Assembly (NCBI RefSeq): GCF_006345805.1
Contig: NC_043003.1
Location: 99,076,001 to 99,140,000 of the forward strand
DNA length: 64,000 nt
Reading direction: 5' to 3'
DNA from: Octopus sinensis
Taxonomy: Eukaryota
Numbering within the stretch: position 1 is the stretch's first letter; every line of letters begins with the position of its first letter. Positions 26,630-39,901 of the stretch are shown in pieces. The position numbers and the translations under genes are program-made. The notes beneath the pieces were generated by a model. That model did no database searches, was not told the origin of the DNA, and saw nothing but the letters and a program-made list of their open reading frames with translations.

Positions 26630-27045
26630 GGCGCAGGAGTGGTTGTGTGGTAAGTAGCTTGCTTACCAACCACATGGTTCTGGGTTCGGTCCCACTGCGT
26701 GGCACCTTGGGCAAGTGTCTTCTACTATAGCCTCGGGCCGACCAATGCCTTGTGAGTGGATTTGGTAGACGGAAACTGAAAGAAGCCTGTCCTATATATG
26801 TGTATATGTGTGTATGTATATGTGTGTATATGTTTGTGTGTCTGTGTTTGTCCCCCTAGTATTGCTTGACAACCGATGTTGGTGTGTTTACGTCCCCGTC
26901 ACTTAGCGGTTCGGCAAAAGAGACCGATAGAATAAGTACTGGGCTTACAAAGAATAAGTCCCGGGGTTGATTTGCTCGACTAAAGGCGGTGCTCCAGCAT
27001 GGTCGCAGTCAAATGACTGAAACAAGTAAAAGAGTAAAGAGTAAA
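26630..27045 (+). mobile_element. SINE family C, full length
   Basis: Same structure as the other family C copies. Confidence 0.9.
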
Positions 27046-27108
27046 ATTTATATATACACACACACAAACACATAATAATATTGATATATAATGGTATACG
27101 TACATATA

Positions 27109-27150
<42 letters not shown>

Positions 27151-27711
27151 GCAAAGGCATGGCTCTGTAGTTAGGAGTTGACTTTTCAACCACGTGGTTT
27201 GGAGTTCGGTTCCACAGTGCAGTACCTTAGGTAATTGTCCTCTGCTATTGCCGCGGGATGATCAATACTTTATGAGTGGCGAACACCGAGCGTTATGTGT
27301 GTGTCTGTATACGCGCGTATGTATGTGTGAGTATATATACAGGTGTGGCTGTGTGGCAAGAAGCTTACTTCCTAACCACAGGGTTCTGGGGTCAGTCCCA
27401 CTACGTGGCACTTTGGACAGTTGTCTTCAGACCAACCAAAATCTTGTGGATCTGGTAGATGGAAACTAAGAGAAGCGCGTCATATATATTAATGTGTGTG
27501 TGTGTATGTGTTTGCCCCCCCCATCCCTTGACACCGATGTTGGTGTGCTTATGCCTCCATAACTTAGCGAAAACGATAGGATAAGTACTATGCTTACAAA
27601 GAACAAGTCCTGGGGTCAATTTGTTCGACTAAAAGCGGTACTCCAGCATGGCCACAGTAAAATAACTGAAACGAGTAAAAGAGCAAAAGAATATATATAT
27701 ATAATAAAAGA

Positions 27712-27946
27712 GGGATGACCACTAAGTGGGCATCCATTATGCCACAATTCGACCACCAATAGTCTTACCACTAAGAAAGGAATGGTCTCAAGAAACTTTA
27801 GCAAACGCCAGAACGTAAAGGAGCAAGACAAATGCTCACTTACGTTCTGGCGTTTGCTAAATTTTCTTGAGAACGTTCCTTTCTCAGTAGTAAGACCGAA
27901 GGGAGTCGACTTCTAGCATAATGGATGTCCACTTAGTGGTCATCCC
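27712..27946. repeat. Fold-back insert, about 107-bp imperfect arms
   Basis: GGGATGACCACTAAGTGGGCATCCATTATG..CAGAACGTAA versus TTACGTTCTG..CATAATGGATGTCCACTTAGTGGTCATCCC. Confidence 0.9.
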
Positions 27947-28773
27947 GCTTATATGTATATATATACACTTATATATAACATACATATATATGTATGTGGT
28001 GTATATTTATATATATATATATAGATTTATATATATATTATATATTATTTTTATTTGTATTTTACTGTCTTGTATTGTTTTTTACTGTCCTGTTTTTTTG
28101 TTACCCTTTTACCCCCTGCAAAAATCTTAAATTATTTTCGGTAAGGACCGTTTCAATCATCGAAGTCATGTCTCGCCTTTACCTTCGAACGCGGAGTAGA
28201 CGAAACGGAGGCGGCTGAAGAAGGGGAATTTTCCTTGTGTCGTATGTCTTGTACCTTAATTTTTCGTTGTTTAAAAATAATGTCCGTTTCCATGGTTCTG
28301 TTTTTATGTTTTCGTTTCTCATTGTGTTCGACGATTTTTTGGTGTCCTGTACCTATGTATGCATGTACATATACATATAAATGTAGGTACGTACATATAT
28401 GTATGTATATATGCATATGTTTTATTTATTATTTTGTTATATATATATATATATTTGGATGGATGAATTTATGTATGTACGTGTGTTTTTTGCATTTGTT
28501 TGTCCCCAACACACGCACAACCGTGCTTGACAACCGACGTTGCGTTGTTTAAGTTCCCTAACATAGAGGTTCGACTTAAAGAAAGCGATAGAATAAATGC
28601 CAGGTTTTAAAAATAACTGCTGGTATCGATTTTTTCGAGTAATACTTTCAAGTCCGTGCCCAAACATGGCCGCAGTCAAATGACTAAAACAAGTAGCAGG
28701 CGAAAGATATATGAATGTATTTAAACGTCTGTATGAATATATGTGCACGTGCGTATATATATATGTGTGTGGG

Positions 28774-28811
<38 letters not shown>

Positions 28812-29749
28812 ATATTCTTTCGCGTGTTTTAGTCATTTGACTGCGGCCATGCTGGAGCATCACCTTGAAGGGTGTTTTTTAGTTGAACTAATCGACCCCA
28901 TGACTTAATTTTAAGCCTAGTACTTATTCTATCAGTTTCTTTTGCTGAACTTTCAAGTTACGGGTACGTAACTACACCAAGACCGGTTGTATGTATATAT
29001 ATATATATATATATATTTTGATCGGATCAAATTGGAACCCTTGTCGTCGTATCCGACGGAGTGTCACGATATACACATATACATACACACACACACACAC
29101 ACACATACTATATATAATATATATATATATATATATAATATATATATATATATACTAATGCATATACATATATGTATATATGATATTAATATTTGACAAT
29201 CTTTTTTGAGTTACCACCACCACCACCACCAGTCCCTTCACGTCACCTTTTGATAAAATGAATACATTTATTCACTCTATCCAATGTATTCAGTTCTGTA
29301 TAAGATAATGTTTGCACTGGATAAAATATATTTTAATAAACTTTATAACTCTTACATTACATACACGCGTGCGCACACAGGCACAGACACTCGCACAAAC
29401 ACACGCACACACATGTATGTGTATGTGTGCGTGTGTGTGTGTGTGTGTGTGCGTGTAACCATGTTTGAGTGTGATTTTGTATGTATGTAGAATCTGTCTA
29501 CTGACCGTTTGTAATTGTATCGAAAACTGCTATTTTGAACTTATATGAAAACTAACACTTGAATTGCTTTTGTCCTTATATATACGTGTTCGCGTGTTAT
29601 GTGTGCGTACATACTTACCTATACCCATATACACACACATGCGCACTCACACACACATATATACACACACACACGCACTCACACACATACATACACACAA
29701 ATAAGTGTGTGTATATGTCTAGTTACCGTTTATAGGCTTGTATGTTTTG

Positions 29750-29780
<31 letters not shown>

Positions 29781-30576
29781 TGTGCGTGTCTGTATTTCGT
29801 TATTCTAATAGCTTCGCCAAATTCTTGATGTCAAATCGTGTGTTAAAAAGATATTACTGTACTATGGGAGGGTCATTTTGCGAATAACAACATGCACTGG
29901 TTACATTTTTTTTTATTATTACCAAGTCAGCATTTTAACATGAATTGATCATTTGTTTGACCAATTGTTTGATTAGTTACTCAGCTGCTTAGTCAGTCTG
30001 CAACCTTGGTGGTGGCGGTATAGGTGGTGGTGGTGGTGGTGGTGGTGGTGATCATGATCATGATGATGATGATGATGATTATGATGATGATGATGATGAT
30101 GATGAGGAGGAGGAGGAGGAGGAAGACAACGACGATGACAACCATCATGTTGGCCATGATGAAAATGGTTTCTGATCTAAGTACAAGGCTAGCAATTTTG
30201 TGAGGTTGTGATAGTCGAAACCATCGACTTTGTCCCGTATTTTGTTTCATCGATCTCCAGACGATTGAACGGTAAAAACCTACCTCGGCAAGAGTTTAAA
30301 ACCAAAACGTAAGAAGCTTGAAGAAATACCAGAACGAATTTTACCCCCGTCGTTCTAATGATTCTGCTAGCTCAAAATAATACCAATAATTGGGACTGTG
30401 AAGGAGGGATAAGAAACTTTTATCAGCCGTATCCTAGGCAGCATCACCATTTATGCAGTCCGGACGATCGCATTTCTAGGAACAGCTCATATGTACGGAG
30501 AGAAGCGTCGATCGATTAGTGTCTGAGACCCTTAATTTGGCCTAGGCTTAACGGGATATAAAACTGAAGACGCAAA

Positions 30577-30770
30577 AGGAAGAAGGAGAAGAAGAAAAGA
30601 AGAAGAAAAGAAGAAGAAGAAGGGGAAGAATAAGAAGAGGAAGAAGAAGAAGAGGAAGAAGAAGAAGGAAGAGAAGAAGAAGAAGAAGAAGAAGAAGAAG
30701 GGGAAGAAAAGAAGAAGAAGAAGAAGAAGAAGATGAAGAATAAGAAGAAAAAGAAGAAGAAGAATAAGAA

Positions 30771-30801
<31 letters not shown>

Positions 30802-30910
30802 AAAGAAGAAAGAAGAAAAAGAAGAAGAAGAAGAAGAAGAAGAAGAAGAAGAAGAAGAAGAAAAGAAAAGAAGAAGAAGAAAAGAAGGGAAGAAGAAGAA
30901 GAAGAAGAAT
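30577..30910. repeat. (GAA)n polypurine tract
   Basis: About 330 bp of almost pure GAA/GAG repeats. Confidence 0.95.
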
Positions 30911-31334
30911 CCTTTCATCGATATATGGCCTGAAATTGTTGGGGAGGGGAGCTAGTCAAATACATCGAACCAAGTGGTCATCTGATACTTATTTCATCGA
31001 CTTCGAAAGGATGAAAGGCAAAGTCGATCTCGGTGGTATTTGAACTCAGAACGTAAAGACGGACGAATTGCGGCTAAATATTTCGTCCAGTGTACTAACG
31101 ATTCTGCCGGCTCATCGCCCTAATAATAAGAGCGATTTCAAATTTTGTCACAGGGCTAGCAGTGATGGAAATGATGAACGGCTAAGTCGGCCTCGGTTTG
31201 ATTAAAATGTTGAATATAAAGAGCCGGAAGAAACCAAAAGTTATTCATTCTGACACTCTAGCGATTCTGCCAGCTTGCCATCTTCATTATATATATAAAG
31301 TTGAAGTTGTCTGTGTGTGGCAAGTTTAGTAGCC

Positions 31335-31647
31335 TTTAACTAACACTATCTCCTCCGAGACCTTGCGGCGCAAGTTGACCAAAATTGAGAGTATAATAAA
31401 AGAAGGCTTGCTCTTCATTCCGTAGAAGATAAAATTCAAATTGGACCATGTTAACACCACACCAAAAATTATTTACATCAAAAAGGTGCTTTTTTTCTAT
31501 GAAAATCCCTATTTTTTACGATTTTTTGACTGCTGTGTCGCCATTTTTCGTAGTATTTCAACCAGAAAAATGTTCACTTAAATAGAATATCAGGCTACAT
31601 AATGCAAAATTGGTGCCTTTTAAAAATTCCAATTCTAAAGGGTTAAA
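31335..31647 (-). mobile_element. Possible piggyBac-type non-autonomous fragment
   Basis: Right end reads TTAA|CCCTTTAG on the minus strand; the other terminus was not identified. Confidence 0.35.
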
Positions 31648-31909
31648 AAGAAAACAAATCCAAGCAAAGCTGGGCTATACTGCTAGTAGAAATAATAATA
31701 TTGATGATGATGATGATTTATAACTTAGATACAATATTACAAAAGCGAGAGAGAGTGAGAAAGAGAAAGGCCGGCGGAGATAGTTCTAATGACTACAGGA
31801 ATATTCGTTAATTGTAATAATTTCTTTATTATCATCACCTTTCATACATTTAATATGTATGTGTTTTTTTTCAGATAAAGTGTATCTAGTGTAGGCGCGT
31901 CAGTTAGTG

Positions 31910-32105
31910 GAGACGCATGGCTTAGTGGTTAGCGGGTTGGACTAATGATCGTAAGACTATGGTTTCGATTCCTGGACCGGGCGACGCATTGTGTTCTTGA
32001 GCAATTTCATTTCAAGTTGCTCCTGTCCTCTCAGCTGGCAAAAATGAGTAATCTTACGACCGGCGTCAATATATACGCCATGAAACCGGGAGACCGGCTC
32101 TTATA
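31910..32105 (+). mobile_element. CORE-type SINE (family B, head 2 / tail 1, internally deleted)
   Basis: GCATGGCTTAGTGGTTAG..GGTTTCGATTCC..CAGCTGGCAAAAATGAGTAATC..GAAACCGGG. Confidence 0.7.
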
Positions 32106-33058
32106 AATCAGTATGACTGAGCGGCGAGCAGGCAGAAACGTTAGCACGCCGGGCGAAATGCGTAGCCGTATTTCGTCTGCCGTTACGTTCTGAGTTCAAA
32201 TTCCGCCGAGGTCGACTTTGCCTTTCATCCTTTCGGGGTCGATTAAATAAGTTTGTCCTCTCTGTGTTTAGCCCCTTGTGGGTAGTAAAGAAATTAGTAT
32301 TACTGTAGGAAGTAACTTTGTTTTTCCTTTTTTTTCTATCTAGGATGACTTTATTCCATGCGTTCTTTCGTAAGACGGTAGATTGTGGTTTGAGCTGAAT
32401 GAGAATTATCCTCTACTTCTAGCAGATCAAGCGACCTCGTAGAGGTACCCTCTTTTGTCTGACTCTTTACCGATTCTACCACTCCACTGAGCTTTGACGT
32501 TTCAATGATAACGATGACACAATTTGATAAACGAGAAAATACAATTTATAAATATGCTAAATAAAGAATCCAATTAATTTGGTTAAGAAACCTTTACACA
32601 TAAGCAAGTCTTGTACGTCATTCATCCAGAAAACAACTACAGCTATCATTAAGATCGCCATCAGCACCATCACCATCAACCACCCATATCGCCACGATCA
32701 CCGTCACGTAACTGCAACCACCAACAGTGTCAGCACAACTCTTTGTACAATCTTTGCTCCGCTGGCTTTTCTTATCTGATAAATCTCCACCATGTTTATT
32801 CTATCTGTTGAAAAGCATGGTTGTTTATTTGAAAACAACTAATTTCTAAAATAATGTCTTTATCTTTTGATTTACGTTCCTCAACGTAAAGCATATCACA
32901 AAAAAAAAGGAAATAATGAAAGCACGAGAGAACATGCAGTACATTAGCAGTTGCGACAGCAACAACAACAGCTTTCTTGTGGCGTAGACTGTTACCAGAA
33001 ATAGAAGCTAGTGATGCAAAGCGTTTTTCAGTCTGATTATTTGTCTGGGGCTAAAATA

Positions 33059-33116
<58 letters not shown>

Positions 33117-33658
33117 GTAATTCATTGCTGTCAGTGATGGGAACATTGTAAAACTGATAAATGTTTTATTGGTTGTACAGTGCTAAACCTTAAAGTTGTC
33201 TTGTGGTCAAAATCCTTGCAATCATAAACTGTCTCATTGGCGATAAGATTGGGGCTGTTGGTGATGATGATGATGATGATGATGATGGCGGCGGTGGTGG
33301 TCGTGGTGGTAGTGATGGTGGTCGTGGTCGTGGTCGTGGTGGCGGTGGTGGTGGTTCTGGTGGTGGTGGTGGTGATGATGATGATGATGATGATGATGGT
33401 TGTGGTGGTGGTGGTGGTGGTGGTGGTGGTGGTGGTGGTGGTGATGATGATGATAATGGAGGAGGAGGATAGTGGTTGTGGTGAGGATTTTGTGGACGCT
33501 TAGTCCCAGGTTAGCTCAGATAAAATGCGTTCCAACTGCAACGGTCAATCCAGTGTATTTTTCATTGGTATAACCCACTTACGAACACATTGACCAATGT
33601 ATCGTTTTTTTTTTCTAAGAATTATTGAATGGATTATTTGTAGCATGTTTTTCTAGCG

Positions 33659-33887
33659 TGGGCAGAAACATTAGCACGCCGGGCGAAATGCGTAGCCGTA
33701 TTTCGTCTGCCGTTACGTTCTGAGTTCAAATTCCGCCGAGGTCGACTTTGCCTTTCATCCTTTCGGGGTCGATTAAAAAAGTACCAGTTACGCACTGGGA
33801 TCGATATAATCAACTTAATCCGTTTGTCTGTCCTTGTTTGTCCTCTCTGTGTTTAGCCCCTTGTGGGTAGTAAAGAAATAGATATTT
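33659..33887 (+). mobile_element. SINE family A, young copy
   Basis: Near-identical to 2181-2413; TSD-like TTTCTAGC on both sides. Confidence 0.9.
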
Positions 33888-34426
33888 CTAGCATGTCGAG
33901 CATGCATGTAAAGGTTGCCTCATTGGCTTGTTGCTGTCATTGTTCTCGCCGTTGTTGTTATTGTTGTGGCCGTTGTTGTTCAGCTACATTAAATTTATCC
34001 TCAAATCTGTTTTAACCATCTATGATGATGCTCATTAAGACTGATACATCCAATCACACCCTTAAATACCTACACTAATTATCAAGAATAATTACAGCAA
34101 ATTCAGATATTTTCAGTTTTACGCACTTCTGATTTTATTTCAAAATTCTACAAAAATGTAGTTTTCCAAGTTAATAATATAAATCGCAACATCTTTTTTG
34201 AAAAGTTAAAAACAAAAAGTTACGAACATCTAAAAAAAAAAACATTTTTACTTTTGTAATTTTAACCAGTCCTATCTAGCGTTTTTCAACACGCCCTGCC
34301 GATGTTATAAAAAGTGCCCTTTTTTTTATCGCTGCAACATTATTTTGAGAAATTAATTTTAAAAAAAGCGATTAAAAGCTTTTCATAGTTTGATGAAAAA
34401 AAATGAAAGAAAATAAGTTTTACATA

Positions 34427-34638
34427 TTTCTTTATTACCCACAAGGGGCTACACACAGAGGGGACAAACAAGGACAGACATAGTCGATTATATCGACCCC
34501 AGTACGTAACTGGTACTTAATTTATCGACCCCGAAAGGATGAAAGGCAAAGTCGACCTCGGCGGAATTTGAACTCACAACGTAACGCAGACGAAATACCA
34601 CGAAGCATTTCGCCTGGCGTGCTAACGTTTCTGCCAAT
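34427..34638 (-). mobile_element. SINE family A
   Basis: Same family consensus. Confidence 0.88.
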
Positions 34639-34651
34639 TTTTGCATTACAC

Positions 34652-34850
34652 TACAAACTCTAAGTTAATCCTAAACTTTAAACCCTAATTCTTTGCCTTA
34701 AATCCAATACTTTAAACCGTTAAGTCTCACACTAAACCTTAAACTTTAATTCTTAAACCTAACTGCTAACCCCTAATCCTAAAACCTAAACACAAAGCCT
34801 AAACCAAATACTAAACCCTAATCCCAGGCCCTAATCCCAAACCCTAAAAG
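34652..34850. repeat. Degenerate telomere-like (CCCTAA/CCTAAA) tract
   Basis: Recurrent CCTAA, ACCCTAAT and AACCCTAAA motifs. Confidence 0.55.
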
Positions 34851-34919
34851 TCACAATTTTTGAATGATTAGATTTGTTCAAGAAAGGCGATAATAATGTC
34901 ATTCAAATTATGGAAATAT

Positions 34920-35562
34920 GTGTCCTTTGGCAGTGCCCTACATATAGCATAAGCCCTTGAGCAGTGCCCTACATATGGCATAAGTCCTTGGGCAGTGCCC
35001 CACATATGACATAAGCCCTTGGGCAGTGCCCTACATAAAGCATAAGTCCTTGGGCAGTGCCCAACATATAGCATAAGTCCTTGGGCAGTGTCCTACGTAT
35101 AGCATAAGTCCTTGGGCAGTGCCCCACATATAGCATAAGTCCTTGGGCAGTGCCCAACATATAGCATAAGTCCTTGGGCAGTGTCCTACATATAGCATAA
35201 GTCCTTGGGCAGTGCCCCACATATAGCATAAGTCCTTGGGCAGTGCCCAACCTATGACATAAGCCCTTGGGCGGTGCCCTACATAAAGCACAAGTCCTTG
35301 GACAGTGCCCAACATATAACATAAGCCCTTGGGCAGTGCCCTACATATAGCATAAGTCCTTTGGCAGTGCCCCACATATAGCATAAATCCTTGGGCAGTG
35401 CCCAACATATGACATAAGCCCTTGGGCAGTGCCCTACATAAAGCATAAGTCCTTGGGCAGTGCCCAACATATGACATAAGCCCTTGGGCAATGCCCTACA
35501 TAAAGTATGAGTCCTTGGGCAGTGCCCCACATATAGCATAAATCCTTGGGCAGTGCTCTACA
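34920..35562. repeat. 31-bp minisatellite, about 21 copies, unit TAAGTCCTTGGGCAGTGCCCTACATATAGCA
   Basis: Period measured directly (TAAG at 34981 and 35012); each unit has the interrupted palindrome GGGCA-G-TGCCC; no unique spacers. Confidence 0.95.
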
Positions 35563-36563
35563 ATATAAAGCAAAAAGTGAGATAGATCTCCGACAACTCT
35601 AAACATGTTTTGTTGTCGTTAAACCTCATCAGCGAAGTAAACTGGCAGGCGGCATACGACTCGACAACGGACGGAATTACGGAATTTAGTCCTCAACGAG
35701 TTAAAAGTGCTTACGATCCCAGCGTGCTCGATGTGTGCATTACAACCGAGCTTAAGTCCAGTGACGAGTTATCTAGTTACTATAAATCTTTTAAGTAAAA
35801 TTGATTGAGTTAGGAGTAGGCCGGAGTGATAAATAACATCCGCAGCAGCAGCGGCCACAGCGACAACAGCATCACCAGCAGCAATAGTAAAAACAGCAGC
35901 AGTAACCTTTTGGGAGATGACATTGATGATGGAAAGTCTAGTTTGAAATCGATCGCATGAAAAATAATTAATAGCGTTCAGTAAGGTCATGATGAAACCC
36001 AAAGGAAGTTACCTGTTAAATGTGCAGAGAGAATGTGAGAAAAGGAGACTAAAGAGTGAGGGAGAAAGAGAGAGAAAAAGAGAGATAGAGAGAGGTTTAC
36101 AAGTGGGGTTGGGAGAGAGAGGGATTTAAGAGAGGGGCAGCGAGAGAGTGAGGGAGTGAAAGGTGCAGGCATAAACTTACAAGGAACATACATAAACACA
36201 GAATTGTAACATAAACATTTTTCATATGAACTTGTATGCTTTATGTGTCTGTGTAGATGCCGGTGAGGTTACGTACAAATAGACACACTCACACGCACGC
36301 ACACACATACACACACACCTACACAGACACACACACCTACACACACACATATACATGTATATAGGATATAGCTATGTATATATATTATATATTATATGAA
36401 AACATATTTGTAAGTATGAATGTGTATGTATGCAGGTATGTGCGTGTGTGAGTATATTTGTGTGTGCATACATGTATGTATATCTAAGTGTGTGTGTGTA
36501 AGTATGTGTAAGCATGTGCATATAAAGCTAGCTACTCATATATATATATGTATATATATATAA

Positions 36564-36603
<40 letters not shown>

Positions 36604-36779
36604 TATATATACACATATATATATATATGTATACAAACAATTATATAATATATATATATATATATGATATATATGTGTATATATATATACATATATAAGC
36701 ATATACATGTATGTATACAAACACTTATATAATATATATATATTTATACACACATATTCAGACGCAAACATACATGTGC

Positions 36780-36822
<43 letters not shown>

Positions 36823-37166
36823 ATATATTAAAGTATGTATGTATGAATACATACATATGTGTATGTGGCTGTGTGGTTGTATATATATTCACATTTATGT
36901 GTGTGTCTGTGAGTGTAATCCGTATGAGTATATTTAAATGCGCGTGCGTGTAGGAATGTATATGTGTGTGTGAATATACGATATTATTTGCGGTAGGTCT
37001 GAATGGTGCTAGTGTTTGGTTTAAGGTTTGTTTTTATTAATTTAATACGTTTCCTATTACACCACACGATATATCGACTTTTACACGAACTAATATCCCT
37101 GCCCTATATGAGATATAGAGTTATTACCAGTCTTATCTTATTTATTTTATTTCTTTCACAAATATT

Positions 37167-37201
<35 letters not shown>

Positions 37202-37828
37202 TTTTATTATTATTATTATTCGGTCAATGTTTCTTTGGTAGAAATTGTTGGATGACATACTAAATAACCTGAACAATTTTTTAATTTGTCTGCGTATACT
37301 GGGATCCAATCGAGCTATAGTTGATTTTGCCTTTTATTCTTCATGGGTCGATACGAATAAATCTAGAGAACAATAGTATTGTCTGGCTCACAATAGCAAT
37401 CTGTATATCATACTGAAAGCAGACACACTATTGAAAGCTTTCTAAACTGTGCTGCTCATCAGGATATAGTTTTCCCTACAGACGTGTGGTGTTAAAAAAG
37501 CACAAAATATTTCAGTCGCAGAGGAACGTCGTGCTGTAGTGATGGTGACATGCTGAATATATATTTCTGCTTCTTTGAGCTTCGCCGGTAGCATGTATTT
37601 GTTGTCCTCCCCGTACTAAGATGAAATCAGTCTCTACTGATGTAATAAAACGGTGACTGAAAAATCACTGATGTTGCAATTAACCGATTGTCGGAATAAG
37701 AACTAGTTATTAGAAACAGGAGCAGTATTAGCTCAAAATAGCAATCTGTGCATCATACTTAAAGTAGATACATAGTTAGCAATACCACCACCAGAATTTG
37801 ACGAGTTTCGCCAGCTGCCTGTATATAT

Positions 37829-37905
<77 letters not shown>

Positions 37906-38334
37906 ATATATATAATATTATATAATATATATATATATATATATATGGTTTTGATACTATTCATCTTAAACGCATGGTTCCTCGAGACGAATACTGCAGC
38001 TTATATGAAATATGTTTTAGTAGAGGCGTACTTAGATTTCCAGATCAGCTTCAAAGATAGATAAATAATTAGCTCAATATGTGTAACTACAGATTGGTAT
38101 ATATCGTATCTGCTTTGACCGAATTAATACATAGACACAAAAAAGTAAACGTTATGTCAGAAAAAACTATTTCAGCTTGCCCGAGATACTCTTCACTGAA
38201 GTGACCAAAATAGATCGAAACGCTTTGTTCTCAGTAAGCATTGCGTATTTTACGCATAAATCTCTTTGAGTTGTTCACTGAGACAAAGTATTGGAGCTAC
38301 TAACGTACCTAACCCTAAATGTTATACTGGGTAG

Positions 38335-38870
38335 AATTCACAACAAAAAAACAAAAGACGAAGACAGGTGGTGTAAACAATAAACAGATGCATTAGTATA
38401 ACGCTCGGGAAGTGAAGAAGTCTTTAACGTTTCGAGCCTACGCTCTTCCACAGAAAGAAACACAGAAAGAAACAAGAAAAGAAATTAAGAATGTGTAGTG
38501 GCTAGCGATCTATCATGGCAAATGCCGGAGAGAAGGGTCACACAGGAGCTAGGGAGAAGGGGGGATAAATAATCAGTGTTGATCCCAAAACGAAGGTGTG
38601 CGTGCGTGTTATAAGAGGGTTTGTATGTCGTGTATGAGAGGTGCTGGTGATCTTGGGGGAGGTGTGCGTGTAGGTATGTGTAGGTGTGAAAATGTGGGTC
38701 GGGAAGTGGTCAGTGCTGATATGTGCGTGGTGGCGTGTTGTTGTGATGTGTTGTGTGGTATGTGGGTGTAAGGTGTAGTTTAAGTGTAGTGTAGTGTGTG
38801 ATAGTGAGTTGGGAGCTGGGAGAGGCGAGAGTGGGGAAAGCAAGGTGGGGCGTGGGTTAGGCAGATAGAT
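38335..38870 (-). mobile_element. Probable Penelope-like terminal repeat with a hammerhead-like motif (copy 1)
   Basis: Inverted homolog of 40600-41255 and homolog of 53570-53720; HHR-like motif at 38421-38458. Confidence 0.5.
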
Positions 38871-38967
38871 AAATAGACAGACAGAGATAGATAGATAGAT
38901 AGATAGATAGATATAGTAAATAATAGATAGATAGATAGATAGATAGATAGTATATATAGATAGATAA

Positions 38968-39029
<62 letters not shown>

Positions 39030-39033
39030 GATA

Positions 39034-39075
<42 letters not shown>

Positions 39076-39451
39076 GTGGAAGCACTCCGTCGGTTACGAC
39101 GATGAGGTTCCGGTTGATCCGAATCAACGGAACAGCCTGCTCGTGAAGTAACGTGTAAGTGGCTGACACCCACAGACACGTGTACCCTTAACGTAGTTCT
39201 CGGGGATATTCAGCGTGACACAGAGAGTGACAAGGCGGCCCTTTGAAATACAGGTACACAGAAACATAAAGTAAGAGTGAGAGAAAGTTGTGGTGAAGAG
39301 TACAGCAGGGATCACACCATCCCTCCGGAGCCTCGTGGAACTTTAGGTGTTTTCGCTCAATAAACACTCACAACGCCCGGTCTGGGAATCGAAACCGCGT
39401 TCCTACGACCGCGAGTCCGCTGCCCTAACCACTGGGCCATTGCGCCTCCTC

Positions 39452-39525
<74 letters not shown>

Positions 39526-39591
39526 TTGGTAGGTAGATAGACAGACAGACAGATTGATCGATAGATAGATAGATATATAGATAGATAGATT

Positions 39592-39652
<61 letters not shown>

Positions 39653-39806
39653 GTAGTTTGGTACGTAGGTAGGTAGGTAGGTAGGTAGGTAGGTAGGTAG
39701 GTAGGTAAGTAGGTAGCTAGACAGAAAGACAGACAGACAGACAGACAGTCAGACAGTCAGTCAGACAGACTAACAGACAGATAGACAGTCAGACAGACAG
39801 ACAGAC

Positions 39807-39900
<94 letters not shown>
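38871..39900. repeat. (GATA/GACA/GGTA)n array interrupted by a SINE
   Basis: Direct reading; SINE occupies 39076-39450. Confidence 0.95.
39076..39450 (-). mobile_element. tRNA-derived SINE (family B, head 1 / tail 2) inside (GATA)n
   Basis: Head matches 12243; tail matches 11865-12050 (GGTACACGTGTCTGTG..CGTCGTAACCGACGGAGT). Confidence 0.85.

Positions 39901-39901
<1 letters not shown>

Noticed and set aside
32344-32430. Strong-looking acceptor/donor pair as an exon
   Set aside because: The sequence resembles a dispersed repeat also seen near 3270-3420 and 8290-8410, and longer readings hit stops
34920-35562. 31-bp palindromic array as a CRISPR array, or its MLYVGHCPR.. ORFs as a repeat protein
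   Set aside because: Units are contiguous with no unique spacers, there are no cas genes and the context is eukaryotic; the ORFs merely reflect a period not divisible by 3
35610-35798. 62-aa ORF or possible exon next to the minisatellite
   Set aside because: No recognisable motif; splice sites on either strand are weak or give inconsistent frames
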